DNA of 64,000 nt from a bacterium (GCA_021825655.1 JAKAGU010000001.1:50358-114357), one strand, 5' to 3'; shown: positions 26,253-36,461, numbered from the stretch's first letter. Notes: a model not told the origin generated them from the letters alone. Made by a program: numbers and translations.

Positions 26253-26954
26253 TTATTTAATAGCCAGTTCCGGAAAAGTGGTTAAGGCTTCGGCCGGAGC
26301 TTGGGTGTTGTTCTGGGCCGCCAAAGCGAGTTTCTCGTTTTGGGCTTCAGAAGTAAGCACCATTAATTCAGCGTATTTCTGTTTGGCTCCGTACACCCAG
26401 GCGGCTGAACCGGGCTGTACGTATACGCCCCTCATTTTTTCAAAAGTGGCGTATTTATCTTTGTAGATGGGCTTTTCCAGCAATTGGCACATGTCTTTAA
26501 ACCACTCTAATTTGCTGGAATATTTGCGCCAGGACGGATGCCCCGGCTCCACGCCAATGCCGCTGCAGTTATTGTCTGCGCAGTAACGGCCGAAATTGCT
26601 TTCGACCCAGGAAACCGCTAGCGCTCTCTGCCACTGGGGCTGCTGGATAATCTCGTTTGAGTACTGGGCCAGCGGCGAGTCGTGTTCTTCCAGGTAAGCC
26701 TTTAACTTAATGGCAAGCGGGTCAGTGGAGGTAATTTGCTCAAAAGCAATGGAATTTTGGTTTTCAGTCTGATTGGCTGATAGTTTTGAAGAATCGTTGA
26801 TTTCAAAAACTAGAGCGCCATTTTCCCTATTGACCGGACCTTCTGCGGCTAAAGTGATTTCAGGATAAATCGCAGGGGTCAGCGCAACCAGTGCCACAAG
26901 AACTGACAAAACGTGCTGGTTGCAGGCGGCCTTGAGGGCTAAAAGAGCTTTCAT
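26253..26954 (-). CDS. Secreted lysozyme/glucosaminidase-like putative cell-wall hydrolase
   Basis: Signal-like N-terminus; SPLA..., LAVSWVESNFG, NNCSGI resemble lysozyme-superfamily catalytic Glu motifs. Confidence 0.55.
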   Translation of the reverse strand: MKALLALKAACNQHVLSVLVALVALTPAIYPEITLAAEGPVNRENGALVFEINDSSKLSANQTENQNSIAFEQITSTDPLAIKLKAYLEEHDSPLAQYSNEIIQQPQWQRALAVSWVESNFGRYCADNNCSGIGVEPGHPSWRKYSSKLEWFKDMCQLLEKPIYKDKYATFEKMRGVYVQPGSAAWVYGAKQKYAELMVLTSEAQNEKLALAAQNNTQAPAEALTTFPELAIK

Positions 26955-27213
26955 TTATAGAATCAAACCCCTTTCTCCCCTATTGCCTTATTTGTCCTAC
27001 TTAGGACAAGAAAGACAATCAGTCTATTAAAGTGCGACCGTTGACCGGTATCAGCTTTTTGGTGAAATGGTAAAAAGTGGATACCACAGTCGCCCCGCCT
27101 TAGCGGGGTAAAATGCCTTTTGGCCTCTTTTTTATAAGGATATTCAGTAATAAAAAAGAGTGCCATCTAGCACTTTCTGAATTAATTATACCCTTTTTAG
27201 CCTAGTTTTTCAA
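26955..27213 (-). promoter_or_regulatory. Promoter and about 225-nt structured 5' leader
   Basis: TTGAAA-17-TATAAT (27213-27185); at least five hairpins before the ATG at 26954. Confidence 0.55.
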
Positions 27214-27343
27214 GCCCTTTTTATCGATTTATGGCTTAAATAAGCCAAACAACCTTTTTTCGGTTACAAGCATGGGAAAAACAGGTAAAAAAATTAAGAA
27301 AAAAACCCTCTTGTTTAAGAGGGTTTTAGTCAGTTTTATTAAA

Positions 27344-28174
27344 TCAAACTTTTTCGCCCCGCAAGGCTCGATAGAGCACGTAGCCGTAAACGAGCGTGAG
27401 CGGAGTGAGTACAAAAGATATAAGATTGCTTAATAAAGGGATAAATGAGGTGATAATTGCGATTCCGTAAACTATGACCCCGATCAAAAGGTACTTTTTA
27501 AACACCTCCCATAACCTGCCTTGGACATAGGCTTTGCTTTTTTTAAGCGCAACCGTGTTGTAAAGGTTTTCGCAGATCACGACAAACATTGCCTGGCTGA
27601 ACCAGAGGGCAAAAAGTATGCCCGGAATGATAAAAAGTATCATGCCGCCGGCGATTGCCAGTCCAGCTAGCAGGCTGGTGGTGAAGAAAGTGCCCAAGTG
27701 GGGTTGGGCCCGTTTAAAGGCTTCCTGGAAAGTCAGGTTTTCCTGATGGTCTTTTATTACGAAAATTTGGGCCACCGAGCTCCAGACTCCGAAATAAACC
27801 AGCACGACCAACATTATCAGAAGCAGGATAGCGCCGGTGCCAACAGAGGTAAAAAAGCCGCCATGGCCGGTTCTGGTCAGGAACACTCCTCCGCCGAACA
27901 GCAGGCCGAAAACCAGCATGATGGCCCCAGGCACCGCAGTGATGCCCAAAAGCAACCAGAATTTTTCCTGGTAAATTTTCCAGGCAGTTTTAAGGATTTC
28001 CGTGGCCGGGGGGAGGGCCGCTTCTCCGGCCGGGCCAGCAGGAGCTGCGCCCAGACCCAGCTGGATGTCGGCTTCTTGCCAACCGGACTGTCTTAAGGCT
28101 TGGGCAATTTGTTCGCTGGTTTTGCCCGCCTGTTGTTGCCGCTTGATGTAATCAAGCATTTCCGGGGTTGTCAT
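27344..28174 (-). CDS. Multi-TM membrane protein; start moved to MTTPE
   Basis: N-terminal helical module then several TM helices with FIIPG...ALKKSKAYVQGR pattern. Confidence 0.75.
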   Translation of the reverse strand: MTTPEMLDYIKRQQQAGKTSEQIAQALRQSGWQEADIQLGLGAAPAGPAGEAALPPATEILKTAWKIYQEKFWLLLGITAVPGAIMLVFGLLFGGGVFLTRTGHGGFFTSVGTGAILLLIMLVVLVYFGVWSSVAQIFVIKDHQENLTFQEAFKRAQPHLGTFFTTSLLAGLAIAGGMILFIIPGILFALWFSQAMFVVICENLYNTVALKKSKAYVQGRLWEVFKKYLLIGVIVYGIAIITSFIPLLSNLISFVLTPLTLVYGYVLYRALRGEKV

Positions 28175-28254
28175 TTTAGTTTCGTTAAAGATAACTTTGT
28201 TCCAGTATAGCATTTTAACCAACAAAAAACACCTCTATGTAGAGATGCTTTTTG

Positions 28255-28328
28255 TGGAGCGGCTAAGGGGAATCGAACCCCTATCCTCTCCATGGCAAGG
28301 AGAAGTTCTACCATTGAACCATAGCCGC
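28255..28328 (-). tRNA. tRNA-Gly(GCC)
   Basis: GCGGCTA...TCTCC-TTGCCAT-GGAGA...TAGCCGC-TCCA. Confidence 0.95.
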
Positions 28329-28367
28329 AAGTAGAAAAATTATATCAAACGTACTGATTTTTTCAAA

Positions 28368-28442
28368 TGGTGCCTCGGGTCAGAATCGAACTGACGACGC
28401 CAGCCTCTTCAGGGCTGCGCTCTGCCACTGAGCTACCGAGGC
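28368..28442 (-). tRNA. tRNA-Phe(GAA)
   Basis: CAGCC-CTGAAGA-GGCTG, CCA. Confidence 0.95.
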
Positions 28443-28468
28443 GCAATAGTATTTGTGTAAGTTTACAC

Positions 28469-28545
28469 TGGTGGGCGGTATAGGATTCGAACCTATGACC
28501 TCCTCGGTGTAAACGAGGCGCTCTAACCAGCTGAGCTAACCGCCC
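28469..28545 (-). tRNA. tRNA-Val(TAC)
   Basis: CCTCG-TTTACAC-CGAGG, CCA. Confidence 0.95.
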
Positions 28546-28563
28546 TCGCGCCCACATAATATA

Positions 28564-28881
28564 TCAAAACATGACGTTTTTGGCAAGACTCTCAGAGAGT
28601 CCGGTTAAGGCTTCGATGCTATCCTCGGGCACGCTTTTACAGCGGGCGCGGGCGCCGCAATCCTGGCAAACATGGAGAATGTGGTATTCGCCCTTTTGGT
28701 ATTCTACGCCCACCGGCTCCATCATGCCGCCGCAAGGGTTGCCCCGGTCGCCGGGGTAATTGTCCACGTGCCGGCTCCACAGGCATTTGGGGCAGTGGTT
28801 GGTGTAGCCGTTGCCTTTGACTTTGGTTTTGCAATGTCCGCAAACAAAGTCTTCAATGGTACGTTGGAATTTTTTAGGCAT
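28564..28881 (-). CDS. RNHCP-domain protein
   Basis: FVCGHC, YTNHCPKCLWSRHVD..PGDR...CGG.MEP, HVCQDCG. Confidence 0.9.
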   Translation of the reverse strand: MPKKFQRTIEDFVCGHCKTKVKGNGYTNHCPKCLWSRHVDNYPGDRGNPCGGMMEPVGVEYQKGEYHILHVCQDCGARARCKSVPEDSIEALTGLSESLAKNVMF

Positions 28882-29033
28882 GTTTATATTTTACCAAAAT
28901 ACTTATAAATGTTAAGGAGCGCGAGTCCTCTGCTTTTTTGGGCAGAGAAATCGCGCTCCTGGTTGTAGGGTTTGCTGTACGTACGGTGTCGCCGGCTGCT
29001 TCCTTGTCAGCCGCTAGCCGCGCAGGTTGGTGG

Positions 29034-29798
29034 TTAGACTGCGCTTGGTGCTTCCATTGCAGCCTTGAGTTCCGGCCAGTGATCTTTGGGTTTTTTCACC
29101 CATTGGCCGGCTGCGATGTACCTTGCAACCATCGGGTCGTCCTGCCGGTACTGAGCGGTTGGAATCCACTTGTAGCAGAGGATGGGCACGCTGGTCCCGT
29201 CCGGGCATTCGAACAGATCTTTGCCGGAACGGTTGAACGCGCAGGTGATGGCCACCAGTTTGGCGCCGAAGCTTTGGATGACTTCCCAAGCTTTGCCCGT
29301 GGTTGACAGGTTGTTGACCACGTCCTCGCTGAGGACGGCGAGGTCGCCCGAGAAGAGTTCGTGCCGATCCATAATGAGGTGCGATTTTTCCCGGCTAGTT
29401 GCCGTCTCGGCCTCGTCAACCTTCTTTTCCATGAACACGGTGCGGCGGTTGGCCAGCCGACCGATGTCCCCGGAAAGCAGTATCCCGCCCATGGGTGCGC
29501 CGATGACCGCGTCGAAATCAATTTCTCCGCCGGCAAGCATCCCAAGGATGCCTCTGGCGAAGAGGTCGCGGACATGGGGGAAGCGTTCAGCCCGGGCAAA
29601 GTTGTAGTACACATCGCCGACGTACTGAAGCTGATGGCCGTGGCCGTCGTCGTAACGGCCGGCGTAGCCGACCAGGGGCCCGGCGTAGTTGCCTGCCGAA
29701 TCCTTGGGGCACTGGTAGTAGCCGTCGCATTTGGTCAGAATATCCAGAGCTTCGTCGTCCTGGTTAATCTGCGCAGCGAGGGTGGCTTTTCGATGCAT
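29034..29798 (-). CDS. pyrE: Orotate phosphoribosyltransferase-like type I PRTase
   Basis: GAPMGGI, PRPP loop variant SEDVVNNLSTT; directly downstream of pyrF. Confidence 0.7.
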   Translation of the reverse strand: MHRKATLAAQINQDDEALDILTKCDGYYQCPKDSAGNYAGPLVGYAGRYDDGHGHQLQYVGDVYYNFARAERFPHVRDLFARGILGMLAGGEIDFDAVIGAPMGGILLSGDIGRLANRRTVFMEKKVDEAETATSREKSHLIMDRHELFSGDLAVLSEDVVNNLSTTGKAWEVIQSFGAKLVAITCAFNRSGKDLFECPDGTSVPILCYKWIPTAQYRQDDPMVARYIAAGQWVKKPKDHWPELKAAMEAPSAV

Positions 29799-29800
29799 GG

Positions 29801-30619
29801 TTAGTCGTCTCCTTCGCTGTGTTGGTTAACGGCTTCGAGGATGTTGTCCGCTACGAGTTCGGCGGCCGCCACTACGTCTGTCGCGCCGGTAATATCCCGG
29901 CCCACGACTACGCCATTGGCGCCGTCACGGATGGAGTTGCCCGGGGCGCTGACTGCCTTTTGGTCTTGCTTGCTGGAGCCAGGCAGACGCACGCCGGGGG
30001 TGTAGATGAGAAACAGCGGTCCGCAGGCTGCGCGGATTGCCGTAACCTCCAGGGGTGAGGCAATGACGCCATCGCAGCCATGTCGTTGGGCCAGCTTGGC
30101 AAGCCGGACCACAATTTCCAGGCGGCGCGGCTCAGTATCGTCTTCGGCTTTGAGCCCGAGTTGGACGAGGTCGTCTTCACCCAGGCTGGTGAGCAGGGTC
30201 ACTGCAATCAGCAGGGGCTTCTGTTCCAGGCCGAGCTGGGCCGATATCTCATCCACGGCCTGTCGTGCCGCCTTGAGGGCAGGCGGCCCGGCAAAAGCGT
30301 GGACGTTGAACATGAGCGGCTGGAGCCGACAGATGGCCTTGCTGGCGCCGGCAACGGTGTTGCCGATGTCCGCGATTTTGCCATCCACGAACTCGAGGTT
30401 GTTGAAGGCGGAAAACAGCGTCCGCAGTCGGACCAGGGTATGGAAAGCGCTGTCCTGGCCGGTCGTGATGAGGGTTGAGAACATGGAGTAAATGAACTCA
30501 AAGCCGATCTTGAATCCGCCGACGTAGCCCTTGAGCTTGGCTACGAGCTCGATCGCCTTCTCCACGTCATTAACGTCGAGTGCTACAATAACGCGCTCGC
30601 GCGCGCCTTGTCTGGTCAT
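29801..30619 (-). CDS. pyrF: Orotidine-5'-phosphate decarboxylase; start at MTRQG
   Basis: IVALD, FKIG, DGKIADIGNT, VTLLTS, TPGVR, DQK, VVGR. Confidence 0.93.
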   Translation of the reverse strand: MTRQGARERVIVALDVNDVEKAIELVAKLKGYVGGFKIGFEFIYSMFSTLITTGQDSAFHTLVRLRTLFSAFNNLEFVDGKIADIGNTVAGASKAICRLQPLMFNVHAFAGPPALKAARQAVDEISAQLGLEQKPLLIAVTLLTSLGEDDLVQLGLKAEDDTEPRRLEIVVRLAKLAQRHGCDGVIASPLEVTAIRAACGPLFLIYTPGVRLPGSSKQDQKAVSAPGNSIRDGANGVVVGRDITGATDVVAAAELVADNILEAVNQHSEGDD

Positions 30620-30777
30620 GATTGTTCTCTCTTTCACGTGAAATGAAAAGAAGACACGACTTGTACAGCTTATCGTGCCTCCTTTAAGGTGGGGCAATTA
30701 TATACCCTAAAGACCTTTTAATCAAGGCTTGAAAAAAGGTTTGGATTTGGGTATAATTGGTAAGCAATTTTGCATGA

Positions 30778-30864
30778 GCCCAGGTGGCGGAATTGGTATA
30801 CGCACTACCTTGAGGTGGTAGCGCTCGCAAGGGCATGGAGGTTCGAGTCCTCTCCTGGGCACCA
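30778..30864 (+). tRNA. tRNA-Leu(GAG)
   Basis: CTACC-TTGAGGT-GGTAG, long variable arm, CCA. Confidence 0.95.
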
Positions 30865-30929
30865 AAATACTCCGGTAATTCGGAGTGTTTTTAATTTCAA
30901 GGTATAATATAGGTAATTAAACTTATCTT

Positions 30930-31490
30930 ATGTATAACATCCCGGTAATCTTAGGCAGTGTGCGCGAAGGCCGCCGGAGCCTCGCTCCAGCCCAGTATCT
31001 TGTTAAGAAGCTGCAAGGCCTGGGCCACCAGAGCCAGCTGGTGGACTTTAAAGAAATGCCGTTGCCGTTTTATAACGCACCCACCGTGCCCGTGGTCTAC
31101 TATAAAACCGCTTACCCTGACCCCAATGTCCAGAGGTGGAGCGAGCTTGCCCGTTCAGCCCACGGTTTTATTATTGTGACGCCCGAATATAACCACGGTT
31201 ATCCGGCTGTGTTGAAAAACGCCCTGGATTGGCTGTATTTGGAATTTGAGCATAAGGCGTTTGGTTTGGTCGGGGTGTCCAACGGGTCCGTGGCCGGAGC
31301 CAGGGTCATTGAGCAGCTCAGGACCGTGATAGAAAATTTTGGCGCACTGGCTGTAAGGGAAACCGTAATGCTGGGACCGATTGATAAATATTTTGATGCA
31401 ACTGGCAAGCTTTTGGACGATGCGCTGGATAAGCGCGTAACCGGGCTTATTGAGAGTGTGGTTTGGTGGTTAAAAAAATTGCAAGCATAA
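30930..31490 (+). CDS. NADPH-dependent FMN reductase
   Basis: GSVREGR, VTPEYNHGYPAVLKNALDW. Confidence 0.92.
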   Translation: MYNIPVILGSVREGRRSLAPAQYLVKKLQGLGHQSQLVDFKEMPLPFYNAPTVPVVYYKTAYPDPNVQRWSELARSAHGFIIVTPEYNHGYPAVLKNALDWLYLEFEHKAFGLVGVSNGSVAGARVIEQLRTVIENFGALAVRETVMLGPIDKYFDATGKLLDDALDKRVTGLIESVVWWLKKLQA

Positions 31491-31522
31491 AAAGACCCCG
31501 CCGCCGGCGGGGTCTTTTTATG

Positions 31523-32476
31523 CTAACTGATTTGCAGTTCGCCGCTGAGCTTCCGGCTGATTTTGCCGTTCAACGAGAAGCCGGCTGCCAGTTTGTGGCC
31601 GCCACCGCCGAAGAGCCGGGCGATTTTGGAAACATCCACGTCCTTGTGCGTGTCGCTTCTTAGGCTGCCTTTGATAACCGCACCATCCTGCCTGATGAAG
31701 AGGGCAAACCGGGCTTCCGGCATGGTGTTTAAGGTTTCTACAAAGCCTTCAAAAGCTGACTTGGGCAGTTCGCCCAAATCCAACAAATCTTCCTCGGTAA
31801 TGGCCGCGCTGATAATCCGGCTGCTTGGGTCAAAACGGGAGTTTTCCATGGCCCGGGCCCAGGCTTTTAGCACCTGGGGCTTTTTGTTTTTAAAAGTGTG
31901 CCGGGTAATTTTGTTGGTGCGCGCCCCTTTGTGCATCAAGTCTGCCGCTGCCATAAGGGTGGAGCTCTGTGTATTGGCGTGCATAAAGCTGCCGGTATCG
32001 GTAATGATCCCGGTCAGCAAACAAGCGGCGATATCCTGGGTGATAGGCCATTGGCAGAAATTAAAAAAATCATAAACAAGTTCGGCAACCGAGGACTTGG
32101 TCTTGTCCACCAGATTTACCTTACCGAAAAAAGTGTTGTCCGGATGATGGTCAATGTTGATGCTGGGGATGTCCAAGCTGACAATCTCGTCCAGGCCGCT
32201 GCGCTCTTTATTGGAACAGCCAAATGTAATTAGCAGGTCATAGTTGTTGGGTTGGGGCACGCTGTCTTGTATTTTGCCGCTGCCGGGTAAAAATTTTAGC
32301 GCTTCAGGTACGCCGTACTTGATGACGGCCGTAACTTGTTTGTCCTGGCTTTCCAAAAAGTGCGTGAAAGCCAAAAGGCTTCCGCCGTCATCCCCGTCCA
32401 TGCGTTCGTGCATGGAGAGCAGGATTTTGCGGGCCTGTTCAATGAGTTTTTTTGCATTTATAAAATCTGTTTCCAT
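31523..32476 (-). CDS. nrnA: DHH/DHHA1 oligoribonuclease/pAp phosphatase
   Basis: DGDD, NIDHH, TDTGSF, SLRS, GGGGHKLAAG; follows rbfA. Confidence 0.9.
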   Translation of the reverse strand: METDFINAKKLIEQARKILLSMHERMDGDDGGSLLAFTHFLESQDKQVTAVIKYGVPEALKFLPGSGKIQDSVPQPNNYDLLITFGCSNKERSGLDEIVSLDIPSINIDHHPDNTFFGKVNLVDKTKSSVAELVYDFFNFCQWPITQDIAACLLTGIITDTGSFMHANTQSSTLMAAADLMHKGARTNKITRHTFKNKKPQVLKAWARAMENSRFDPSSRIISAAITEEDLLDLGELPKSAFEGFVETLNTMPEARFALFIRQDGAVIKGSLRSDTHKDVDVSKIARLFGGGGHKLAAGFSLNGKISRKLSGELQIS

Positions 32477-32492
32477 ATCCTGAAATTTGGTG

Positions 32493-32888
32493 TTAGGCGG
32501 CTGTTTTTTTCCTTTTTTTTGTTGCGGGCTTGTTCTGTTCTTCTTCAGCGTGCACGCGCCTTACCAGCTCGTCGATATGCTCGGCATAGCGGGGGCTGGT
32601 GTCCAGGAAAAATTGCAACCGCGGGACGATTTTGGTGGTAAATTTTTGGTTGAGTTCGCCCTGGATGTGGTACAGGCTGCGGTTAATATGGTCCAGGATT
32701 TTCTGGTCATCGCCGCCAAAAATAGAGATCCAGACTTTGGCCCAGCGGAGGTCGCGGCTGGCTTCCACTTTGGAGATGGTTACCAGGCCGTTTGCCGGCT
32801 CCAAGAATTCCAACAAAATCGGGCCCAGCGCCTGCTGGATGAAGGAGTTGACTTTGGCAATGCGGTTAGTATCTTTTTTGGGTTGCAT
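32493..32888 (-). CDS. rbfA: Ribosome-binding factor A
   Basis: VTISKVEASRDL..AKVWIS, VPRLQFFLD; follows infB. Confidence 0.93.
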   Translation of the reverse strand: MQPKKDTNRIAKVNSFIQQALGPILLEFLEPANGLVTISKVEASRDLRWAKVWISIFGGDDQKILDHINRSLYHIQGELNQKFTTKIVPRLQFFLDTSPRYAEHIDELVRRVHAEEEQNKPATKKRKKTAA

Positions 32889-32989
32889 AAGTTTAAGCTT
32901 TTAACATTAGAGTATATCGAAAAACGCCCCTGCTGGCAAGGGCGCTATGTGATAAGACTCGTTAAGACAAAGATATTGCCCACTTTTTG

Positions 32990-34921
32990 TTAGAGGGTTT
33001 TGGGTTTAATTTTTTCCTCGAAGCTTTCCAGAATATCATTAACCTGCAGCTTAACCGGCGTTTTTATCCGCATTCCGAACTCGTTTCCTGCAGTAACGCT
33101 TTTGGCCATTACCTTGCTTTGCTGCAGTTCCAAAATTTCGCCCCGGCCCAGTTCTGCGCCTTCCCGGGAAACCAGGATTTGTCCGTTCTTTTTAATTTCG
33201 CCGTCATTAACCCGGCCGCCAATAATCATTTCGCCTTTTTCCGTCCGGAAGATTGCCAGGATTTTGGCGCGGCCAAAACTGACCTTTTCCAGCTCGGGGG
33301 TAAACATTTTAATTACAGCGCTGGTGACGTCTTCAATCAGTTCGTAAATTACGTCGTAAGGGTCAATTTGGACGTTTTTTTGTTTGGCCAGGCTAATGGC
33401 TTTCGGGTTAATTTTGGTGCGGAAGGCAATCACGCTGGCGCGGGAGTTGCCGGCCAGCAGCACATCGGATTCGTTAACCTCGCCTACGCCTTCGCTTAAA
33501 ATGTTGATTTTGACCTCATCATTTTTGAGTTTGGAAATCGATTGTTTGATGGCTTCCAGCGACCCGGCCACATCCGTTTTCAGTATCAGGTTGAGAGTCT
33601 TGGTTTCCATGTCACCAGACAGCCGCAGAGTGTGGGAGAGTTTGTGGCTGCGGTTCTTGCGCTGGGCGGCTAGGGCGATGTTTTTGGCTTCGTCCAAAGA
33701 GGCGATGGTCTGCAAAATATCCCCGGCCTGGGGCAGTTCGGAAAAGCCGGAAATTTGCGCGGGCTGGGCAGGCAGGACTTCTTTCAATTTGCGGCCGTTT
33801 TCGTCTTCCAAAGACCTGACCCGGCCAAAGGCCGGCCCGGCGGCAATAATGTCCCCGACCCGCAAAGTGCCGTTTTGGATAACTACCGTGGCGGTTGGGC
33901 CTTTGCCCTGAGTGACCTTGGATTCAATAATCGTACCCACGGTTTTGCCCGCTGGATTGGCTTTGAAGTCTTCCAGGTCCGCAGTCAGCAGGATCATTTC
34001 CAGCAGCCCGTCGATGCCCTTGTTCTGTTTGGCGGAAATTTCGCAGGCAATGGTTTTGCCGCCCCATTCTTCGGTCAGGACGCCGTGGCCGGCCAATTCT
34101 TGCTTGACCTTCATGACGTTGGCTTCGGGTTTGTCCACTTTGTTGATGGCCACAATCATGGGGGTGCCGGTAAACTTGGCGCGGTTGATGACTTCCAGGG
34201 TTTGGGGGCGCACGCCGTCATCAGCTGCCACAACCAGGACGATTATATCCGTAACGTTGGCTCCGCGGGCGCGCATTTCGGAAAAAGCCTCGTGTCCCGG
34301 GGTGTCCAAAAAAGTAATATAGCGCCCGTTCTTTTTAATCTGATAGGCGCCAATGTGCTGGGTGATGCCGCCGCTCTCCCCTTCCGCGACTTTGGTTTTG
34401 CGGAGGGTGTCGAGCAGGGTGGTTTTGCCGTGGTCTACATGGCCCATAATGGCGACAATCGGCGGCCGGCTTTTTAGGTTTTCCGCTTTTTCTGCGTCCG
34501 AAACTTCCTGTAAAAAACCCGTACCGTACTCTTTTACTGTCTGGTCAGTTTCCGTCGCCACTTCAAAACCCAAGTCCTGGGCCACAATGCTGGCGGTTTC
34601 AAAGTCCACCTCTTCGTTGATGGTAGCCATGATGCCGTTTTTAATCAGCACTTTAATCACATTAACGACAGGCAGTTTTAAGAGTTCGGCAAAATCCCTC
34701 ACTTTTATAAAACTGGGCAGTTTGATGATTTTAGGTTCAACGTCTTGCTCTTGGGGCTTTTGGCTGCCGCTGTTCTCCGTCAAGGTTTCCAGAATTTTTT
34801 TGGCCAAATAGTTGTCGACTTTGTTGGCTTTGGGCGAAATGAAAAACCCTTTCTCGCGGGCGCGGGAACGCAATTCCTGGATGGATAGATTGAGTTGTGA
34901 GGATAGAGAGGAAAGGTTCAT
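32990..34921 (-). CDS. infB: Translation initiation factor IF-2
   Basis: [38 protein letters not shown]. Confidence 0.99.
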   Translation of the reverse strand: MNLSSLSSQLNLSIQELRSRAREKGFFISPKANKVDNYLAKKILETLTENSGSQKPQEQDVEPKIIKLPSFIKVRDFAELLKLPVVNVIKVLIKNGIMATINEEVDFETASIVAQDLGFEVATETDQTVKEYGTGFLQEVSDAEKAENLKSRPPIVAIMGHVDHGKTTLLDTLRKTKVAEGESGGITQHIGAYQIKKNGRYITFLDTPGHEAFSEMRARGANVTDIIVLVVAADDGVRPQTLEVINRAKFTGTPMIVAINKVDKPEANVMKVKQELAGHGVLTEEWGGKTIACEISAKQNKGIDGLLEMILLTADLEDFKANPAGKTVGTIIESKVTQGKGPTATVVIQNGTLRVGDIIAAGPAFGRVRSLEDENGRKLKEVLPAQPAQISGFSELPQAGDILQTIASLDEAKNIALAAQRKNRSHKLSHTLRLSGDMETKTLNLILKTDVAGSLEAIKQSISKLKNDEVKINILSEGVGEVNESDVLLAGNSRASVIAFRTKINPKAISLAKQKNVQIDPYDVIYELIEDVTSAVIKMFTPELEKVSFGRAKILAIFRTEKGEMIIGGRVNDGEIKKNGQILVSREGAELGRGEILELQQSKVMAKSVTAGNEFGMRIKTPVKLQVNDILESFEEKIKPKTL

Positions 34922-35096
34922 AATGCGGAAAAACTATTTATAACTTATTAACTTTACCAGAATTTTTAATAAAAATCAAGGAAGGTTTTTGCCTGCCGGA
35001 AGTTGGGTTCGCGCGCAAAAAACCCGCCGTTCCCTTCTTTGGGTGCGGCAGGCGCCGTATTAAAGCAAAGTGGTTTTTAGAAAAACCAGCGGGGAA

Positions 35097-35939
35097 TTAA
35101 AAAGTCCGGTTTTTGCCTACTATCAGGCGGAGGCGCTGTGGAATCAATTCAACGGCCGCCGGGAATTTGGCCACAATCCTGCCCAGCATGGTCAGGGGCG
35201 TGCCTCGGGGCTCCAAAAAGTCAATCTTGCGGCATTTAATAACCGTGGTGTTGGGGATTTTTTCCAAATTACCCGAAACGATATCCTGCCGGTACCTTAA
35301 GATTTGCATTTTGGACATTTTTTCCAAAATCAGGAGGTCAAGGTGGCTGTCCGTAGGGTCCGCAATTTTTTGGCCGGAGGCCGAAGCGGAACGGATGTTA
35401 ACGGCTAAGCCGCCCAGGGCAGCAATGCTTAGGTTGTAGGAATCATCAATGCGGATGGTGTAGTTTTTGGCTTCAGAGGAGAGTAGTTTTAGGGCTGCAT
35501 ACCAGCTCAGGCTTTTTAAATTGTGGCTGGTCACCCCAAACTCCAGGTAGTTGATAAAAAAATTGTTGGAAATTTTTGCCAGGTCGATTTTTTCAATTCT
35601 CCTGGCCGCAATGGTTTTGGCCCCGATATAAATATTTTCAATGCCCAGGATTTTGGAAAGGAAGGATTTTTCGTCCAGGGGAACAAAACCCAAGGTAAAA
35701 TCGCGGCCTTTCAAAGAGGCCAGCATGAGGTTAAAAGTGTCGTCAGAGCCGCAGGCAACCAGGGTTTTGGCGCCGCGCTGGCTGGCCGTATCGACCAGGT
35801 CAGCGACGGAGCGCAGGGGGGTAACCCGCGCCGCTTCGCCCGAAATTTTAAATTCCGCAAAGTAACCCAAAGCTTCGGTCTGCAGCCTTTCGAATTTGTC
35901 CATGGGCAGGTTGCCCTGGTCGAAAATATAGTAGTACAT
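35097..35939 (-). CDS. Diacylglycerol-kinase family protein (degenerate)
   Basis: VACGSDDTF (GGDGT-like), LGFVP, RIEKIDLA. Confidence 0.75.
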   Translation of the reverse strand: MYYYIFDQGNLPMDKFERLQTEALGYFAEFKISGEAARVTPLRSVADLVDTASQRGAKTLVACGSDDTFNLMLASLKGRDFTLGFVPLDEKSFLSKILGIENIYIGAKTIAARRIEKIDLAKISNNFFINYLEFGVTSHNLKSLSWYAALKLLSSEAKNYTIRIDDSYNLSIAALGGLAVNIRSASASGQKIADPTDSHLDLLILEKMSKMQILRYRQDIVSGNLEKIPNTTVIKCRKIDFLEPRGTPLTMLGRIVAKFPAAVELIPQRLRLIVGKNRTF

Positions 35940-35999
35940 AGGCGCAGTCTGTGTAACCGCGCAGGCCTGTTATTGCCTGCGTTTAGAACGAAGCCGGGT

Positions 36000-36407
36000 T
36001 TATTCTTCGCTTTCCGGTTCTTCGTGGGTGGGCGTAACAGCCTTTTTGCCGTTACCGTTGCTCGGGTTCATAGTGCACTTGCCGGTAAACTGGGCCCCGT
36101 CTTCGACCCTCAGAATCTGGCAGGAGATATCTCCGGTGATTTTAGCCGTATTTTGCAGGATGAGGTGGCCGGTAACTTTGATGTTGCCTTGGACTTCCCC
36201 GCCGATTACGCTATTGCCGGCCAGAATGTCGGCGGTAATATGCGAGCCGTTCATTACGAATACGCTTTGGCTGGTCTTTACCTTGCCGGTAACATAGCCT
36301 TCGATTTTTATATTGCCGTCGCTGTTCAGGTCGCCCTGTATTTTAACACTGGGGCCAACCACGGTTTCCGCCTGTTGATTCAGGCTTTCGTCTGAAAACT
36401 TGTCCAT
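36000..36407 (-). CDS. Bactofilin (polymer-forming cytoskeletal protein)
   Basis: TVVG..VKIQGDL...IEG...GDI...LRVEDGAQFTGKC. Confidence 0.9.
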   Translation of the reverse strand: MDKFSDESLNQQAETVVGPSVKIQGDLNSDGNIKIEGYVTGKVKTSQSVFVMNGSHITADILAGNSVIGGEVQGNIKVTGHLILQNTAKITGDISCQILRVEDGAQFTGKCTMNPSNGNGKKAVTPTHEEPESEE

Positions 36408-36461
36408 AGGATTCCTTTTTCGCTGAAGACTCAGCGGTTAATTGCGGATGCGGTTTTGGTT

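Noticed and set aside
26955-27180. c-di-AMP or c-di-GMP riboswitch
   Set aside because: The conserved consensus motifs are not present by eye; kept only as an unknown structured leader.
34991-35053. GCCTGCCG...CGGCAGGC hairpin as an infB regulatory leader
   Set aside because: It lies upstream of the apparent infB promoter; more simply a terminator or REP-like remnant, single copy in this window.
35523-36395. Long antisense ORFs (e.g. 290 aa here, 240 aa in infB, 267 aa in the ABC lipoprotein gene)
   Set aside because: Shadow ORFs opposite well-supported genes; no motifs or expression signals.
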